Shown here one piece after another: positions 47,689-57,943 of a DNA stretch of 64,000 nt. Position numbers and translations under genes: made by a program. The stretch's first letter is position 1, and each line of letters opens with the position of its first letter. Origin of the DNA: Candidatus Latescibacterota bacterium (GTDB lineage Bacteria; Latescibacterota; UBA2968). The notes under the pieces were generated by a model. That model ran no database searches and was not told the DNA's origin. It saw nothing but the letters and a program-made list of their open reading frames with translations. The stretch covers positions 3,488,001 to 3,552,000 of the forward strand of contig OZ241986.1 in NCBI GenBank assembly GCA_965204375.1, written 5' to 3'.

Positions 47689-50100
47689 ATGTTTGAAAAC
47701 TATCTAAAAGTTGCAGTTCGAAACCTGATTAAATTTAAGATGTTTTCATTTCTGAATATCAGTGGTTTAGCTATTGGGATGGCCTGTTGTATTTTGGTTG
47801 TTTTATATATACAGGATGAAATAGGGTACGACCAGTTCCACGAAAAAAGCAATCACATTTACCGGGTGCTAAGAGAAAGGAAAGCCCATAGCGGTGAATC
47901 CCATACGCAGCCGGGCACTTCAGGGGCGCTTGCACCTTCTCTGCTGAAAGATTTTTCAGAAATACAAAGTGCTGTCCGTACCTGGGACATTGATACGTGG
48001 ATAAACTACAAAGAAAAATGGTTTCAACAAAAATTTATGATGACCGATTCTAAAATCTTTGAAATCTTCTCTTTTCCTTTCTTAAAAGGCGATCCGAGGA
48101 CAGCTCTGGTGGAACCTTATACCATTGTTCTCACCCAGGAAATGGCAAATAAATTCTTCCCTGAAGAAGATCCCATAGGCCGAACAATCACCGTTGAACA
48201 CCGATATTTTAGAGGGGATTACAAAATCACAGGTGTCCTGGAAGATATACCAATAAATTCGACAATTCAATTCGACTGTCTCGCTTCGTCTGCATCATCG
48301 GAATGGAGACAAAAAGAATTTGCTGGCATTGTGTGGGAAAGGTGGCAGCGCGAGAGTGGTTGGCTACCAATAGAAACTTTTATTTTGCTACAAGAAGGGG
48401 ACCCACCTTCCAAATTGGAACAGAAATTGAGCGACTTTATGGCCCGCTATATGGGAGAGGAAGTCCGATCACATAATGTCTATCACCTTCAGCCGCTCAA
48501 CCGCATTCACCTCTATTCTAACGTAGATTACGGTATGACCATGTATAGTGACATCTCGTATATCTACTTACTCTCTACACTTGCCTTTTTTATTCTACTC
48601 ATTGCCTGTATCAATTTTATGAATCTCGCTACGGCACGCGCCACCACCAGGGCAATGGAAGTAGGTATGCGTAAGGTGGTGGGTGCCAATCGGCGGGTAT
48701 TAATTGTACAATTTTTGGGAGAATCCCTTCTGCTATCATTGCTCGCCCTCTTGTTGGCATTGAGTTTGGTTGAGCTTTTCCTACCTACCTTTAATGCCTT
48801 TACACTTAAGGCATTGTCGCTAAGTATCCAGAACGGATCTCTATTGGTCGGATTATCCGGTATTACGGTATTGGTCGGCCTATTTTCCGGAATTTATCCT
48901 GCTTTTATTTTATCTGCCTTTGAACCCATGGATATTCTCAAAGGAGGCAAGTTAGTTTCCACTAAAAACAGCACTCGATTCCGAAAGGGATTGGTTATTT
49001 TTCAATCCTCAATTTCTGTTATATGTATCATCGGCACGATAACCGTCTTCAATCAAATGAATTATATGAGGAATAAAGACCTGGGTTTCGATAAAGATCA
49101 GGTCCTGATCATGGAGTTATACATGACAGATCGGTCATTGACGAGCAATTATCGTGCAATACATCAGGAATTTCTAAAACATCCAGATATATTGGCGGCA
49201 ACGGCTTCTCATACATTGCCCAATATTGGGTGGGGAGAGCGCTGGGTAGTTTATCCAGAAGGAAGTAATTCGGATGATTGGGAGATGAATATATTGGCAG
49301 CTGATGAGAACTTTATGGACTTATTTCAGATCGAAATTAAAGAAGGCCGAAATTTCTCAAGCGACATTGCACGCGATACCACAAATGCCTATATCCTGAA
49401 TGAAACGGCGGTCAAACAACTGGGTTGGGAGAAGCCAATTGGCAAACGATTTGAGTGGAATGATAGGCCTGGAAAAGTGATTGGCGTCGTCGAGGATTTT
49501 CATCTGCTATCTCTGCACGAAAAAATAGGACCTGTTTTCGTCTGCATGTGGGTTCCCAAATGGAATTATCTCTCCCTCAAAATTAAAAAAGATAATGTTG
49601 CCAACACGATCCAATTCGTGGAGAACCAGTGGAAACGACTAATCCCAAATTTCCCCTTCAATTTTTATTTTTTAGATGAAAACATAGATAAATGGAATTA
49701 TGAGGCTGAGATAAAATTAGAAAAAATGCTCCGATTAGTATCATTGATTACAATTATGGTATCCTGTCTGGGCTTATTTGGGCTAACTGCCTTTACCGTG
49801 CAGTATCGCAACCACGAAATGAGTATCCGAAAGGTACTGGGTGCTTCTAAGTCCAATATCTGGTGGTTGCTCGTGAGGGATTTTTTAGGACTCATTTTAT
49901 TGACCAATATCATTGCATGGCCCATAGCTTTTTTCGTCATGGAGGCCTGGCTGCAGGATTTTCATTATCGCGTTCAGGTGGATCTTATCACGCTGATCCT
50001 GAGCAGTGGTATATTCCTGATGATTGCCCTGCTTACCATAGTCTATCATACCCTGAAAACTGCTCTACTAAATCCCATTCATCATTTGCGTTACAAGTGA
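47689..50100 (+). CDS. ABC transporter permease, MacB/FtsX type
   Basis: MFENYLKVAVRNL; IACINFMNLATAR; IRKVLGAS. Confidence 0.93.
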   Translation: MFENYLKVAVRNLIKFKMFSFLNISGLAIGMACCILVVLYIQDEIGYDQFHEKSNHIYRVLRERKAHSGESHTQPGTSGALAPSLLKDFSEIQSAVRTWDIDTWINYKEKWFQQKFMMTDSKIFEIFSFPFLKGDPRTALVEPYTIVLTQEMANKFFPEEDPIGRTITVEHRYFRGDYKITGVLEDIPINSTIQFDCLASSASSEWRQKEFAGIVWERWQRESGWLPIETFILLQEGDPPSKLEQKLSDFMARYMGEEVRSHNVYHLQPLNRIHLYSNVDYGMTMYSDISYIYLLSTLAFFILLIACINFMNLATARATTRAMEVGMRKVVGANRRVLIVQFLGESLLLSLLALLLALSLVELFLPTFNAFTLKALSLSIQNGSLLVGLSGITVLVGLFSGIYPAFILSAFEPMDILKGGKLVSTKNSTRFRKGLVIFQSSISVICIIGTITVFNQMNYMRNKDLGFDKDQVLIMELYMTDRSLTSNYRAIHQEFLKHPDILAATASHTLPNIGWGERWVVYPEGSNSDDWEMNILAADENFMDLFQIEIKEGRNFSSDIARDTTNAYILNETAVKQLGWEKPIGKRFEWNDRPGKVIGVVEDFHLLSLHEKIGPVFVCMWVPKWNYLSLKIKKDNVANTIQFVENQWKRLIPNFPFNFYFLDENIDKWNYEAEIKLEKMLRLVSLITIMVSCLGLFGLTAFTVQYRNHEMSIRKVLGASKSNIWWLLVRDFLGLILLTNIIAWPIAFFVMEAWLQDFHYRVQVDLITLILSSGIFLMIALLTIVYHTLKTALLNPIHHLRYK

Positions 50101-50185
50101 TTGTTCTTGGGCTGCATCGGTGGGCATATCCTCCTCGGACAGACACACTGAATCACCTGCGCCCAACACTCAGTGAGAGGCACCA

Positions 50186-52552
50186 ATGTTCAAAAATTAT
50201 GTCTTAGTAATGATCAGAAATCTCAGACGAAATACGATCTATGCCACAATTAACGTCCTGGGGCTTGCCATAGGTCTGGCCTGTTGTATTGACATTGGTT
50301 TCTTTATTCACCGCGAAATGAGCTTTGATTTCATGCACGCGAAGTTGGATAAGATCTACCGCGTTTTGAGAGAAACGGGCGATATGGACAACCGCCGTTT
50401 CACAGCATCTTGTCCGCCTCCTCTGGGTCCAGCTATCCAGCAAACCCTCCCAGAAATTTCAAAGGTTGTACGCCTCCTGAATCCGGACAATCCCCCGCCT
50501 GTTATATCTTATGACGATAAGAAATTCTATGAAAAAAATTTCTACTTCGCTGACACAAACTTTCTGAATGTATTTAGCTTTCAACTGCTTGCGGGTGACA
50601 AGCAATCTGTCCTGAATGAACCATTTTCCGTAGTGATTACAGAATCTATTTCAAAGAAATATTTCGGTAGCCAGAACCCTATAGGAAAAATTCTAAAATT
50701 TAAAAACCATCTCGACTTAAAGGTCACAGGTATCATACAGGACATGCCTATCACATCCAGTCTCCAATGTGAATTTATAGCGTCATTTTCAACAATTCAA
50801 CGTTGGCTTGGCAAAGCGCATTTAGATAATTGGGACATATCGATGTACTCCACGTACGTTCTCCTTGAAGATGGTGCTGCGATTCAACCTGTTTATGAAG
50901 GAAACTTTTTGGGCATACCCGCAACACAAGATGAACGGATACATTTTCAGCCAATGCGAAGAATTCACCTGTATTCTCAAAAAGACTATGGAATAGGAAG
51001 CACTGGCAACATCAATGAAGTTTATAGCTATTCATTGATCGCAATTCTGGTATTGTTTGTCGCCTGTATAAACTTCACCAATCTGGCGACAGCACAATCA
51101 CTTCAGAGAGCCAGAGAAGTTGGCCTGCGTAAAGTTGTAGGAGCACAAAAGTGGCAGTTGATCACACAACATCTGGGAGAGGCTGTTTTTTTAGTATTTC
51201 TCGCACTTGTATTAGCAATAAGTCTATTGGAAAATTTTTCTTTGATGCAGAGCATTTTTGCGACGGGTATCATCTCGAATCTGAGCAATTGGAAAGTCAT
51301 ATCTCTGTTGTGCATATTGGGTTTGCTGATCGGCATAATGGCGGGTTTATATCCCGCTTTTGTCATATCGTCATATACACCCGATCAGATTTTAAAGGGC
51401 AAATCTTCGGGCAAATCAAAATCCAATTTTAGAAATTCTCTCGTTATTACACAGTTCGCTGTATCGGCTACCTTACTCGTAGGCACTTTTGTTACAAGCG
51501 ATCAAATCTCCTTTTTGAGAAACCAAAATCCCGGTTTTGATGCCGAACAAATAATGGTTGTTCCACTTCGCTCCGATGCCTTGAGAAAAAATCCAGAACC
51601 AGTGAAAAGTATATTACAAAAACATCCCAACATAATCCAAGCCAGTGCGGTGGGTTTGTTGCCTGCTGGCCCTATGGGATCGAGCATGTTTCGTGTGGAT
51701 CAGAATGCAGAACTCCGAATGGATATATTATGGATAGATTATGACTTCATTAAAACTCTTGGCGTGAATTTGATGGCAGGACGTGATTTTTCACGCGCGT
51801 TTGCCGGTGATCAAAATGAATCTTTTATTCTAAACGAAACAGCGATCCGCTATGCTGGATATAAAGACGCGCAAACCGCAATTGATCAGCCATTTCATAA
51901 GGTATCAGAGGGCAAGACCATAGACCGCGGATCAATAATTGGTGTTGTCGAGGATTTCAACTTCAAATCCTTTAAGCAACACATCTCACCGCTTGTCATT
52001 CGGATCAAATCCTGGCCAACATATTTGCTGATAAGATGTGCTCCCAATGACCTGTCACATACCGTTGAATCAATACAAGCCATTATGCAGAGTTTTGATA
52101 TGGAGAATCCTTTTGAATACAGTTTTTTAGATCAAAAATTTGATGCGTTTTATCACCGTGAAGAAAAACGCAAGCGGTTATTCAGTTCATTTTCAATACT
52201 GGCGATATTTGTTAGTGCCATCGGTATGTTCGGCCTCTCATTTTACACCGCCAATATCCGAAAACGAGAAATCGGGATTCGAAAGGTTCTCGGCGCATCT
52301 GAAATGAATCTTCTAATGATGGTCAGTAAAGAGACCCTTAGCCTCATTCTCATTGCGAACATCATAGCCTGGCCAATCGCGTATTTTATCATGCAATCCT
52401 GGCTTCAAAATTTCGCCTATCGTATTGACCTTGGTTTAAGTCCATTTATCCTGACAATTTGCACAACTATCGCTCTGGGTATAATGGCTATAAGCTACTA
52501 TGCGCTAAAGCTAATTCGCGAGAATCCGGTTGCCGTCTTTCGCGATAAATAA
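50186..52552 (+). CDS. ABC transporter permease, MacB/FtsX type
   Basis: MFKNY; REVGLRKVVGA; REIGIRKVLGAS. Confidence 0.93.
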   Translation: MFKNYVLVMIRNLRRNTIYATINVLGLAIGLACCIDIGFFIHREMSFDFMHAKLDKIYRVLRETGDMDNRRFTASCPPPLGPAIQQTLPEISKVVRLLNPDNPPPVISYDDKKFYEKNFYFADTNFLNVFSFQLLAGDKQSVLNEPFSVVITESISKKYFGSQNPIGKILKFKNHLDLKVTGIIQDMPITSSLQCEFIASFSTIQRWLGKAHLDNWDISMYSTYVLLEDGAAIQPVYEGNFLGIPATQDERIHFQPMRRIHLYSQKDYGIGSTGNINEVYSYSLIAILVLFVACINFTNLATAQSLQRAREVGLRKVVGAQKWQLITQHLGEAVFLVFLALVLAISLLENFSLMQSIFATGIISNLSNWKVISLLCILGLLIGIMAGLYPAFVISSYTPDQILKGKSSGKSKSNFRNSLVITQFAVSATLLVGTFVTSDQISFLRNQNPGFDAEQIMVVPLRSDALRKNPEPVKSILQKHPNIIQASAVGLLPAGPMGSSMFRVDQNAELRMDILWIDYDFIKTLGVNLMAGRDFSRAFAGDQNESFILNETAIRYAGYKDAQTAIDQPFHKVSEGKTIDRGSIIGVVEDFNFKSFKQHISPLVIRIKSWPTYLLIRCAPNDLSHTVESIQAIMQSFDMENPFEYSFLDQKFDAFYHREEKRKRLFSSFSILAIFVSAIGMFGLSFYTANIRKREIGIRKVLGASEMNLLMMVSKETLSLILIANIIAWPIAYFIMQSWLQNFAYRIDLGLSPFILTICTTIALGIMAISYYALKLIRENPVAVFRDK

Positions 52553-52573
52553 AAACGTGGAATAATCCGTCGT

Positions 52574-53389
52574 CTAATCGCCCGCCCCTGAAGGCCGCAC
52601 ATACAACGCCTCAAAGCGATCCTTCGCCTCCCATCCCAACAACCGCTTCGCTTTATCGGGCCGATACTTATCGTGCGGCAGCCGCGCGCAAATGAAAAAA
52701 TTCTCATAAAGCGACGGCATCTCGGGCGCTCGCAGTCCGCACAAAAACGCCGTACCCGTATCCTCCCACGACGTCGAATAGGGATGTGCGCCGCGCCCAT
52801 ATTCTTCGGGCAGCACCTCTCCCGGCCGAAACTGCGTATAGACAAACGCAAGCACCTCCAGGCCCTCGCGCTCGGCAAAAACGCGTGTCACATGCCCGCC
52901 CAGATACTTGGTCAGCGCGTAGAGATCATCGCCAGGATGCAGCGGAATATCGGCATCCAACTGAAAATCATTCCAATAATCGGCATTGTGGTCCAGCGAA
53001 GTGTGAAAAGGTCCCGTGTGGATCAGCCGCTTAATCCCACATGCCACGCAGGCCTTAGCCACATTGTACGCACCCACCATATTCACCTGAAAAGCCAGCA
53101 CCGGATGCGGCCGAATCACAGACACATTGATCGCCGCATCCATACCCTCACATGCGGCCAGCACCTGCTCGTAATCCGTAATATCCACAACCCGATTCTC
53201 GTGCGGCGGCCCCAACACCTCTGGAATCGGCGCCCGTGGACTTTGCGGCGGCGAAACCGCGATCTCTGTCATCAGACGAAGATCGGTCACTCGCAAAGTA
53301 TAGTGGTCTTTAAGCGCAGAAATCGCCGCTGCACCCACCGGACCACCCGCCCCAAACAACACCACATTGCCCTCATTTACAGTTGCCAT
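52574..53389 (-). CDS. NAD-dependent epimerase/dehydratase (extended SDR)
   Basis: VVLFGAGGPVG; VNMVGAYNV; YALTK; start moved to ATG 53389. Confidence 0.85.
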   Translation of the reverse strand: MATVNEGNVVLFGAGGPVGAAAISALKDHYTLRVTDLRLMTEIAVSPPQSPRAPIPEVLGPPHENRVVDITDYEQVLAACEGMDAAINVSVIRPHPVLAFQVNMVGAYNVAKACVACGIKRLIHTGPFHTSLDHNADYWNDFQLDADIPLHPGDDLYALTKYLGGHVTRVFAEREGLEVLAFVYTQFRPGEVLPEEYGRGAHPYSTSWEDTGTAFLCGLRAPEMPSLYENFFICARLPHDKYRPDKAKRLLGWEAKDRFEALYVRPSGAGD

Positions 53390-53399
53390 AATATCCCTC

Positions 53400-53969
53400 T
53401 CACGCAAAACGCCCACTCGACGCCACATGCGCCAGCGACCAGTGATGCCCTTCACGCTCGGCTGTAAGCGCATCGCGCACCGCCGCCACTACATCCTCTG
53501 CCACCGTCTCCACACCCAGCGCACCAAGACGCAAACAGCGCACTTCGATCTTGCCCGTACGCGCAATCTCTCGACCCACCAGCTCAGCCATAAACGGTGC
53601 TAACGACCCTGCCTCTGCTCGCGGTATCGCATTCCACCGGGGATCAACGATATATTCCTCCGGATAATCCCGCACCAAATCCAGACAACTCAACAGCACC
53701 ACCTTCTCAACACCGGCGGCACAGGCAGCCGTCAGAGCCACATAAGTACCCCGCGCCGCAGCATCGAGCAGAACCTGCTCACTATCCCCTATCGGATCAC
53801 TCGCCGCCGCGTACACAACAGCCTCTACGCCTTCCAGCACCGGATCTACCGACTCCCGCTCAAGCAAATCGACTTCCGAACCAATCGCCACCACCTCAAA
53901 ACCCGCACCCAACCCCGTCGCCAGCAGCGCACCCCAGGGACGATCCGCGCCAATCACTGCCACATTCAT
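53400..53969 (-). CDS. NAD(P)-binding Rossmann protein, degenerate SDR
   Basis: VAVIGAD..G; GTYVAL.AAC.AGVEKVVLLS; no YxxxK; GGAGGAG RBS. Confidence 0.7.
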   Translation of the reverse strand: MNVAVIGADRPWGALLATGLGAGFEVVAIGSEVDLLERESVDPVLEGVEAVVYAAASDPIGDSEQVLLDAAARGTYVALTAACAAGVEKVVLLSCLDLVRDYPEEYIVDPRWNAIPRAEAGSLAPFMAELVGREIARTGKIEVRCLRLGALGVETVAEDVVAAVRDALTAEREGHHWSLAHVASSGRFA

Positions 53970-54052
53970 AGTACTCCTCCTCAATTATCCCGCAATATAC
54001 GCGATACGCTCCGCGGAATGCAACCTTCAAAAAGCGCACATACCTATTTGTA

Positions 54053-54081
54053 TTGCACCTGTATCTCAAAGGCTATATTTT
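54053..54081 (+). promoter_or_regulatory. sigma70-like promoter (duplicated at 56036-56064)
   Basis: TTGCAC-CTGTATCTCAAAGGCTA-TATTTT. Confidence 0.6.
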
Positions 54082-54134
54082 GCCATCGATTAAACCGCAT
54101 CATCCACCATCTATTCCTTCAAGGAGAACCGGAC

Positions 54135-55880
54135 ATGGACCGCGAATCTATGACCAATGAAGAGAATTACTTCTTCGACACCAGAGGTTATATCATCATC
54201 CCCGGTGCCCTCACCTCGAAAGAAGTCGATTCCCTCAACAGCACCCTCGACGACGCCGGACCCACCGACAATCTCCTGACACTACCTGCCCCCCTGCGAG
54301 AACCCTTCCGCGATCTTCTTATCCATCCCGTCCTGGTCTGGTACCTCAACCAGATCTGTGGCCACGGCTTTCGCCTGGACAGAGCACCCCGCCTGATCGG
54401 AGAAGCTGCTGGCGACGATCCCAATGCCCCGCTACAGGGCAACAACGAACCCAGAGACACGGCCCGGGCCTACTACTTTCAGAACCAATACCGCGTCTGC
54501 CACGGCGTGCGCGTCATCTGGGCACTCTGCGATGTCAACCCGGACGACGACGGCGTAGTCCTGGTTCCTGCAAGCCACAAAAGCAATGTAGAAGCACCCG
54601 AAGACCTCCTCACAGGTGCAGACGACATGGACCTGGTCGAACAACCCGTGCTCAAAGCCGGCGACCTGCTCATCATTGCCGGAACCACCCTTCAGGGCCT
54701 CCGCCCCTGGAAAGGGCGCAATCCGCAACGCCTCATCGCCTGCGAATATGCCAACCGCGCTGTCCTGCAATCCAACGGATCAGGAGCAAAAATAGAACCC
54801 AGACCGGAATGGATGGCCAACCTCCCATCCGAACACCTGGCCGTCCTCTCCAACCCCGGATACAAAGACACCACCGACCCGCCGCCAACCCTCAATACCG
54901 ATGGCAAAAAGACCTGGCTGGAAAAATCGCCGGACATTCTCCACCCCTCGTTTTACAAACCCGACCCCGACGCTGGCATTGACCACAAAGAACTCTACTT
55001 CTGGGACCTCACCGGCTATCTCATCGTGCGCAATGTCATGGACGAAGAATGGCTGGCACGGGCCAACGAAGCCATCGACAAATTCTCCGATCGCATTGTC
55101 GTGGGCGAAGAACTCGCCCGGGGATCCAAAAGCCTCCGGGGCACCGGACGCCCCACGCTCAGCGGCCTTCTCCACCTGCCCGAACCCTATTGCGAACCCT
55201 TCCGCAAAATGCTCATCCACCCGGCCGTCATCGGCCGCCTCAACTGGATGATGGGCAGCGGATACCGGTGCAACGGGGCCACCGCCTTCTGTTCGGTCAA
55301 AGGCTCCACCGGGCACTCCCTCCACGGCGGTAACGAACCCCTCACACCCTCCCGAAGCTATGTCTTCCAGAACGGCCGCAGCCATGCCGAATTTGTCCGC
55401 GCTGTCTGGCAATTGCACGACACAACCCCTGGCGGAGGAGGATTCGTCTGCGTCCCGGGAAGCCACAAAGCCTATTATCGCATGCCCGAAGGCATCCGCA
55501 CCAGCGACGACGACATGGGCACCATCCGCCAACCCGTCCCGAAAGCCGGCGACATCCTCTTCTTTATGGACACCGTCCTCACCCACGGGGCCTGGCCCTG
55601 GAAATCCGACATCAGCCGCCGGTCCATCTTCTTCAGTTACTATTCCCGCCACCACTCCTATCGCGGCGGCGTCATCGAACCCGAAGACCGCTGGGGAGAA
55701 GACATAGTCGAAGGCATGACCGAAGCCCAATTTGCCGTCATGCGCGGTTCCACCCGCGATGCCAGGAGCAGAAACACGCCGCGCCTCGTTGTAGAAAACG
55801 GCCAGCTAAGTGTCTCCTACGACGCCATGGGAGACCGTTATGAATACCCGGTGCGAAGACCGGACGATAAGAGAAAATAA
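54135..55880 (+). CDS. Tandem two-domain phytanoyl-CoA dioxygenase (PhyH)-family Fe(II)/2OG enzyme
   Basis: Two repeats of YFxDxxGY..HP..W.L.D..GG..VP.SHK..KAGD; AAGGAG RBS before ATG 54135. Confidence 0.88.
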   Translation: MDRESMTNEENYFFDTRGYIIIPGALTSKEVDSLNSTLDDAGPTDNLLTLPAPLREPFRDLLIHPVLVWYLNQICGHGFRLDRAPRLIGEAAGDDPNAPLQGNNEPRDTARAYYFQNQYRVCHGVRVIWALCDVNPDDDGVVLVPASHKSNVEAPEDLLTGADDMDLVEQPVLKAGDLLIIAGTTLQGLRPWKGRNPQRLIACEYANRAVLQSNGSGAKIEPRPEWMANLPSEHLAVLSNPGYKDTTDPPPTLNTDGKKTWLEKSPDILHPSFYKPDPDAGIDHKELYFWDLTGYLIVRNVMDEEWLARANEAIDKFSDRIVVGEELARGSKSLRGTGRPTLSGLLHLPEPYCEPFRKMLIHPAVIGRLNWMMGSGYRCNGATAFCSVKGSTGHSLHGGNEPLTPSRSYVFQNGRSHAEFVRAVWQLHDTTPGGGGFVCVPGSHKAYYRMPEGIRTSDDDMGTIRQPVPKAGDILFFMDTVLTHGAWPWKSDISRRSIFFSYYSRHHSYRGGVIEPEDRWGEDIVEGMTEAQFAVMRGSTRDARSRNTPRLVVENGQLSVSYDAMGDRYEYPVRRPDDKRK

Positions 55881-55920
55881 AATACGTGACATACCAGAAT
55901 GGAGTCGCAAGTATGTTGGC

Positions 55921-56029
55921 AGACGCCGCGTCAGAAGATGGATTTGGCATTACAACGCGCGAAGGAGATCAGGAAATGAGTAAAGTAAGTGACTTGCACA
56001 AGAAATGGAGCCATGACCCAGAATACCGG
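55921..56029 (+). repeat. 109-bp direct repeat, copy 1 (higB 3-prime/higA 5-prime remnant)
   Basis: Matches 63101-63209; ATGAGTAAAGTAAGT...GAATACCGG portion identical. Confidence 0.92.
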
Positions 56030-56035
56030 TTTATC

Positions 56036-56064
56036 TTGTATCTATATCTCAAAGGCTATATTTT
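56036..56064 (+). promoter_or_regulatory. Copy of the PhyH promoter ahead of the defence operon
   Basis: TTGTAT-CTATATCTCAAAGGCTA-TATTTT; 26/29 identical to 54053-54081. Confidence 0.65.
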
Positions 56065-56159
56065 TCATTAACCTCTTTGCGATTGGGATAATCCATGCGA
56101 TACCTGGCCTGAAAATCGGGCGATAGACGCACAGTAAGTAGGGAGAAGGAGAAAGTAGA

Positions 56160-57260
56160 ATGCCAGTACTAAAAAGCATTAATATCAGTGGTTTTCGATC
56201 CATCAAAGAGATGTCATTGGAGCTTCGACCTCTCAATATTTTGATTGGTGCTAATGGAGCGGGTAAAAGCAATCTCATTGCTTTTTTTAAATTCGTGAAT
56301 GAATTGATGGGCGGACGACTTCAGCAACATATAGGAGCAACGGGACGGGCCACAGGCAATTTGCACTTCGGCCCTAATATAACCCCTCAATTGGAAGCGG
56401 AAATGGTATTTGAGGTGGAGAATGGTACAGATACCTACTACATGAGACTGTTCCACGCTGCCGGTGATTCTCTGATTTTTGCTGAAGAAACACTCGCATT
56501 TCATCAAAAAGGCTATCCGAAACCCTGGCCCGTATCGCTGGGGAGTGGTCATCAGGAAACACGAATTATTAATGAAGCGGAAGAAGGTGGACCTACTGCA
56601 AGAACACTCAGGCATTTGCTGAATCATTGTCGCGTCTATCACTTCCACGATACTTCGCCAACTGCGAGAGTCCGGCAGTATTGTTACGTCGGCGACGATC
56701 GCTGGCTCATGCCCGACGCAGCGAATCTGGCAGCGGTATTGTATGCACTCAAGTCCCATAAGGAAAAGGTATATCGCCGGATTGTGGCGACGATTCGACA
56801 GGTAGCACCATTCTTTGAGGACTTTGATCTCGAGCCGACCAATTCCAGAGACATCATTCTCAACTGGCGTCATCACAAGTCCGATCTCATTTTCGGCCCC
56901 CATCAACTCTCGGACGGTACGCTACGGGCAATCTGTCTGATTTCGCTGCTGCTACAGCCGGAAGAAAATCTTCCATACCTGATTGTGGTAGATGAACCAG
57001 AACTCGGACTACACCCGTATGCGCTCGATGTAATTGCGTCGCTATTTCAAGCAGCAAGTGACCAAACACAGGTCCTCGTCAGTACGCAGTCCAGCGCGTT
57101 TCTCAACGCTTTTGAACCAGAGGACATTGTGGTTGTCGAGCGCAGTGATGAGGCTACAGAGTTTATCAGGCCAGATGCCGAAAAACTCGACGCGTGGCTG
57201 GAAGACTATTCGCTTGGAGAGATCTGGGAAAAAAACGTCATCGGTGGGGGGCCGCACTAA
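56160..57260 (+). CDS. ABC-type AAA ATPase (AAA_21-like)
   Basis: GANGAGKSN Walker A; LSDGT signature; VVDEPELGLHP; STQS. Confidence 0.9.
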   Translation: MPVLKSINISGFRSIKEMSLELRPLNILIGANGAGKSNLIAFFKFVNELMGGRLQQHIGATGRATGNLHFGPNITPQLEAEMVFEVENGTDTYYMRLFHAAGDSLIFAEETLAFHQKGYPKPWPVSLGSGHQETRIINEAEEGGPTARTLRHLLNHCRVYHFHDTSPTARVRQYCYVGDDRWLMPDAANLAAVLYALKSHKEKVYRRIVATIRQVAPFFEDFDLEPTNSRDIILNWRHHKSDLIFGPHQLSDGTLRAICLISLLLQPEENLPYLIVVDEPELGLHPYALDVIASLFQAASDQTQVLVSTQSSAFLNAFEPEDIVVVERSDEATEFIRPDAEKLDAWLEDYSLGEIWEKNVIGGGPH

Positions 57261-57937
57261 TGTCTCGGCTCTATCTCTTTGCCGAAGGAACAACAGAGCA
57301 GACATTTGCCAATACGGTTTTGAAGTCGCATCTGGCAAATTTTGATGTTTACATGCACAAGCCGGTTTTAATTGCACACGCCCGAAAGAAAGGAAGAATT
57401 CATCGCGGGGGTGGAAGAAACTTTACAGCAATGCAGAATGACATCAACCGTTTTCTCAAGCAGGAGTCGGGACGTGATGTATTTTTTACCACCATGATTG
57501 ACCTTTATGCTCTGCATGCAAAATTTCCCGGCATGGAAGAAGCTGAAAAATTACGTCACGACCCGCACAAGCGAGTCGAAGCTCTCGAAAAATCTTGGCT
57601 TGAGGGAATCGGCGACAAACGATTTATCCCATTCATTCAGTTACATGAATTTGAAACTTATTTGTTTTGTGATGTATCCCTATTCGCTCACTTTTTTGAA
57701 AATGCAGATTCCCAAATCTCCGCTTTACAGGATGTCCAGCCTCCAGAACTGATTGACGACGGACAAGATACAGCCCCATCAAAACGCATCGCCGCCCAAT
57801 TTCCCAACTACTCAAAAGCAACAGTAAGCCCACAGATGGCCGAACTGATTGGTTTGGAAAACATCCGATCCAAATGCCCCCACTTTAATGCGTGGCTTGA
57901 ACAACTTGAAAAACTCGGAACACCTGAGAGGCACTGA
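57260..57937 (+). CDS. DUF4276-family protein (TOPRIM-like)
   Basis: AEGTTE; TTMIDLY; QLHEFE; PSKRI; CPHFNAWL; TAATG coupling to the ATPase. Confidence 0.85.
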   Translation: MSRLYLFAEGTTEQTFANTVLKSHLANFDVYMHKPVLIAHARKKGRIHRGGGRNFTAMQNDINRFLKQESGRDVFFTTMIDLYALHAKFPGMEEAEKLRHDPHKRVEALEKSWLEGIGDKRFIPFIQLHEFETYLFCDVSLFAHFFENADSQISALQDVQPPELIDDGQDTAPSKRIAAQFPNYSKATVSPQMAELIGLENIRSKCPHFNAWLEQLEKLGTPERH

Positions 57938-57943
57938 CGAATC

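Noticed and set aside
52673-55730. 264-aa (+) and 316-aa (-) ORFs opposite the epimerase and PhyH genes
   Set aside because: Products of biased codon usage; low-complexity translations.
55886-56071. 61-aa ORF containing MSKVSDLHKKWSHDPEYR
   Set aside because: Chimeric read-through of the higBA repeat remnant, not an independent gene.
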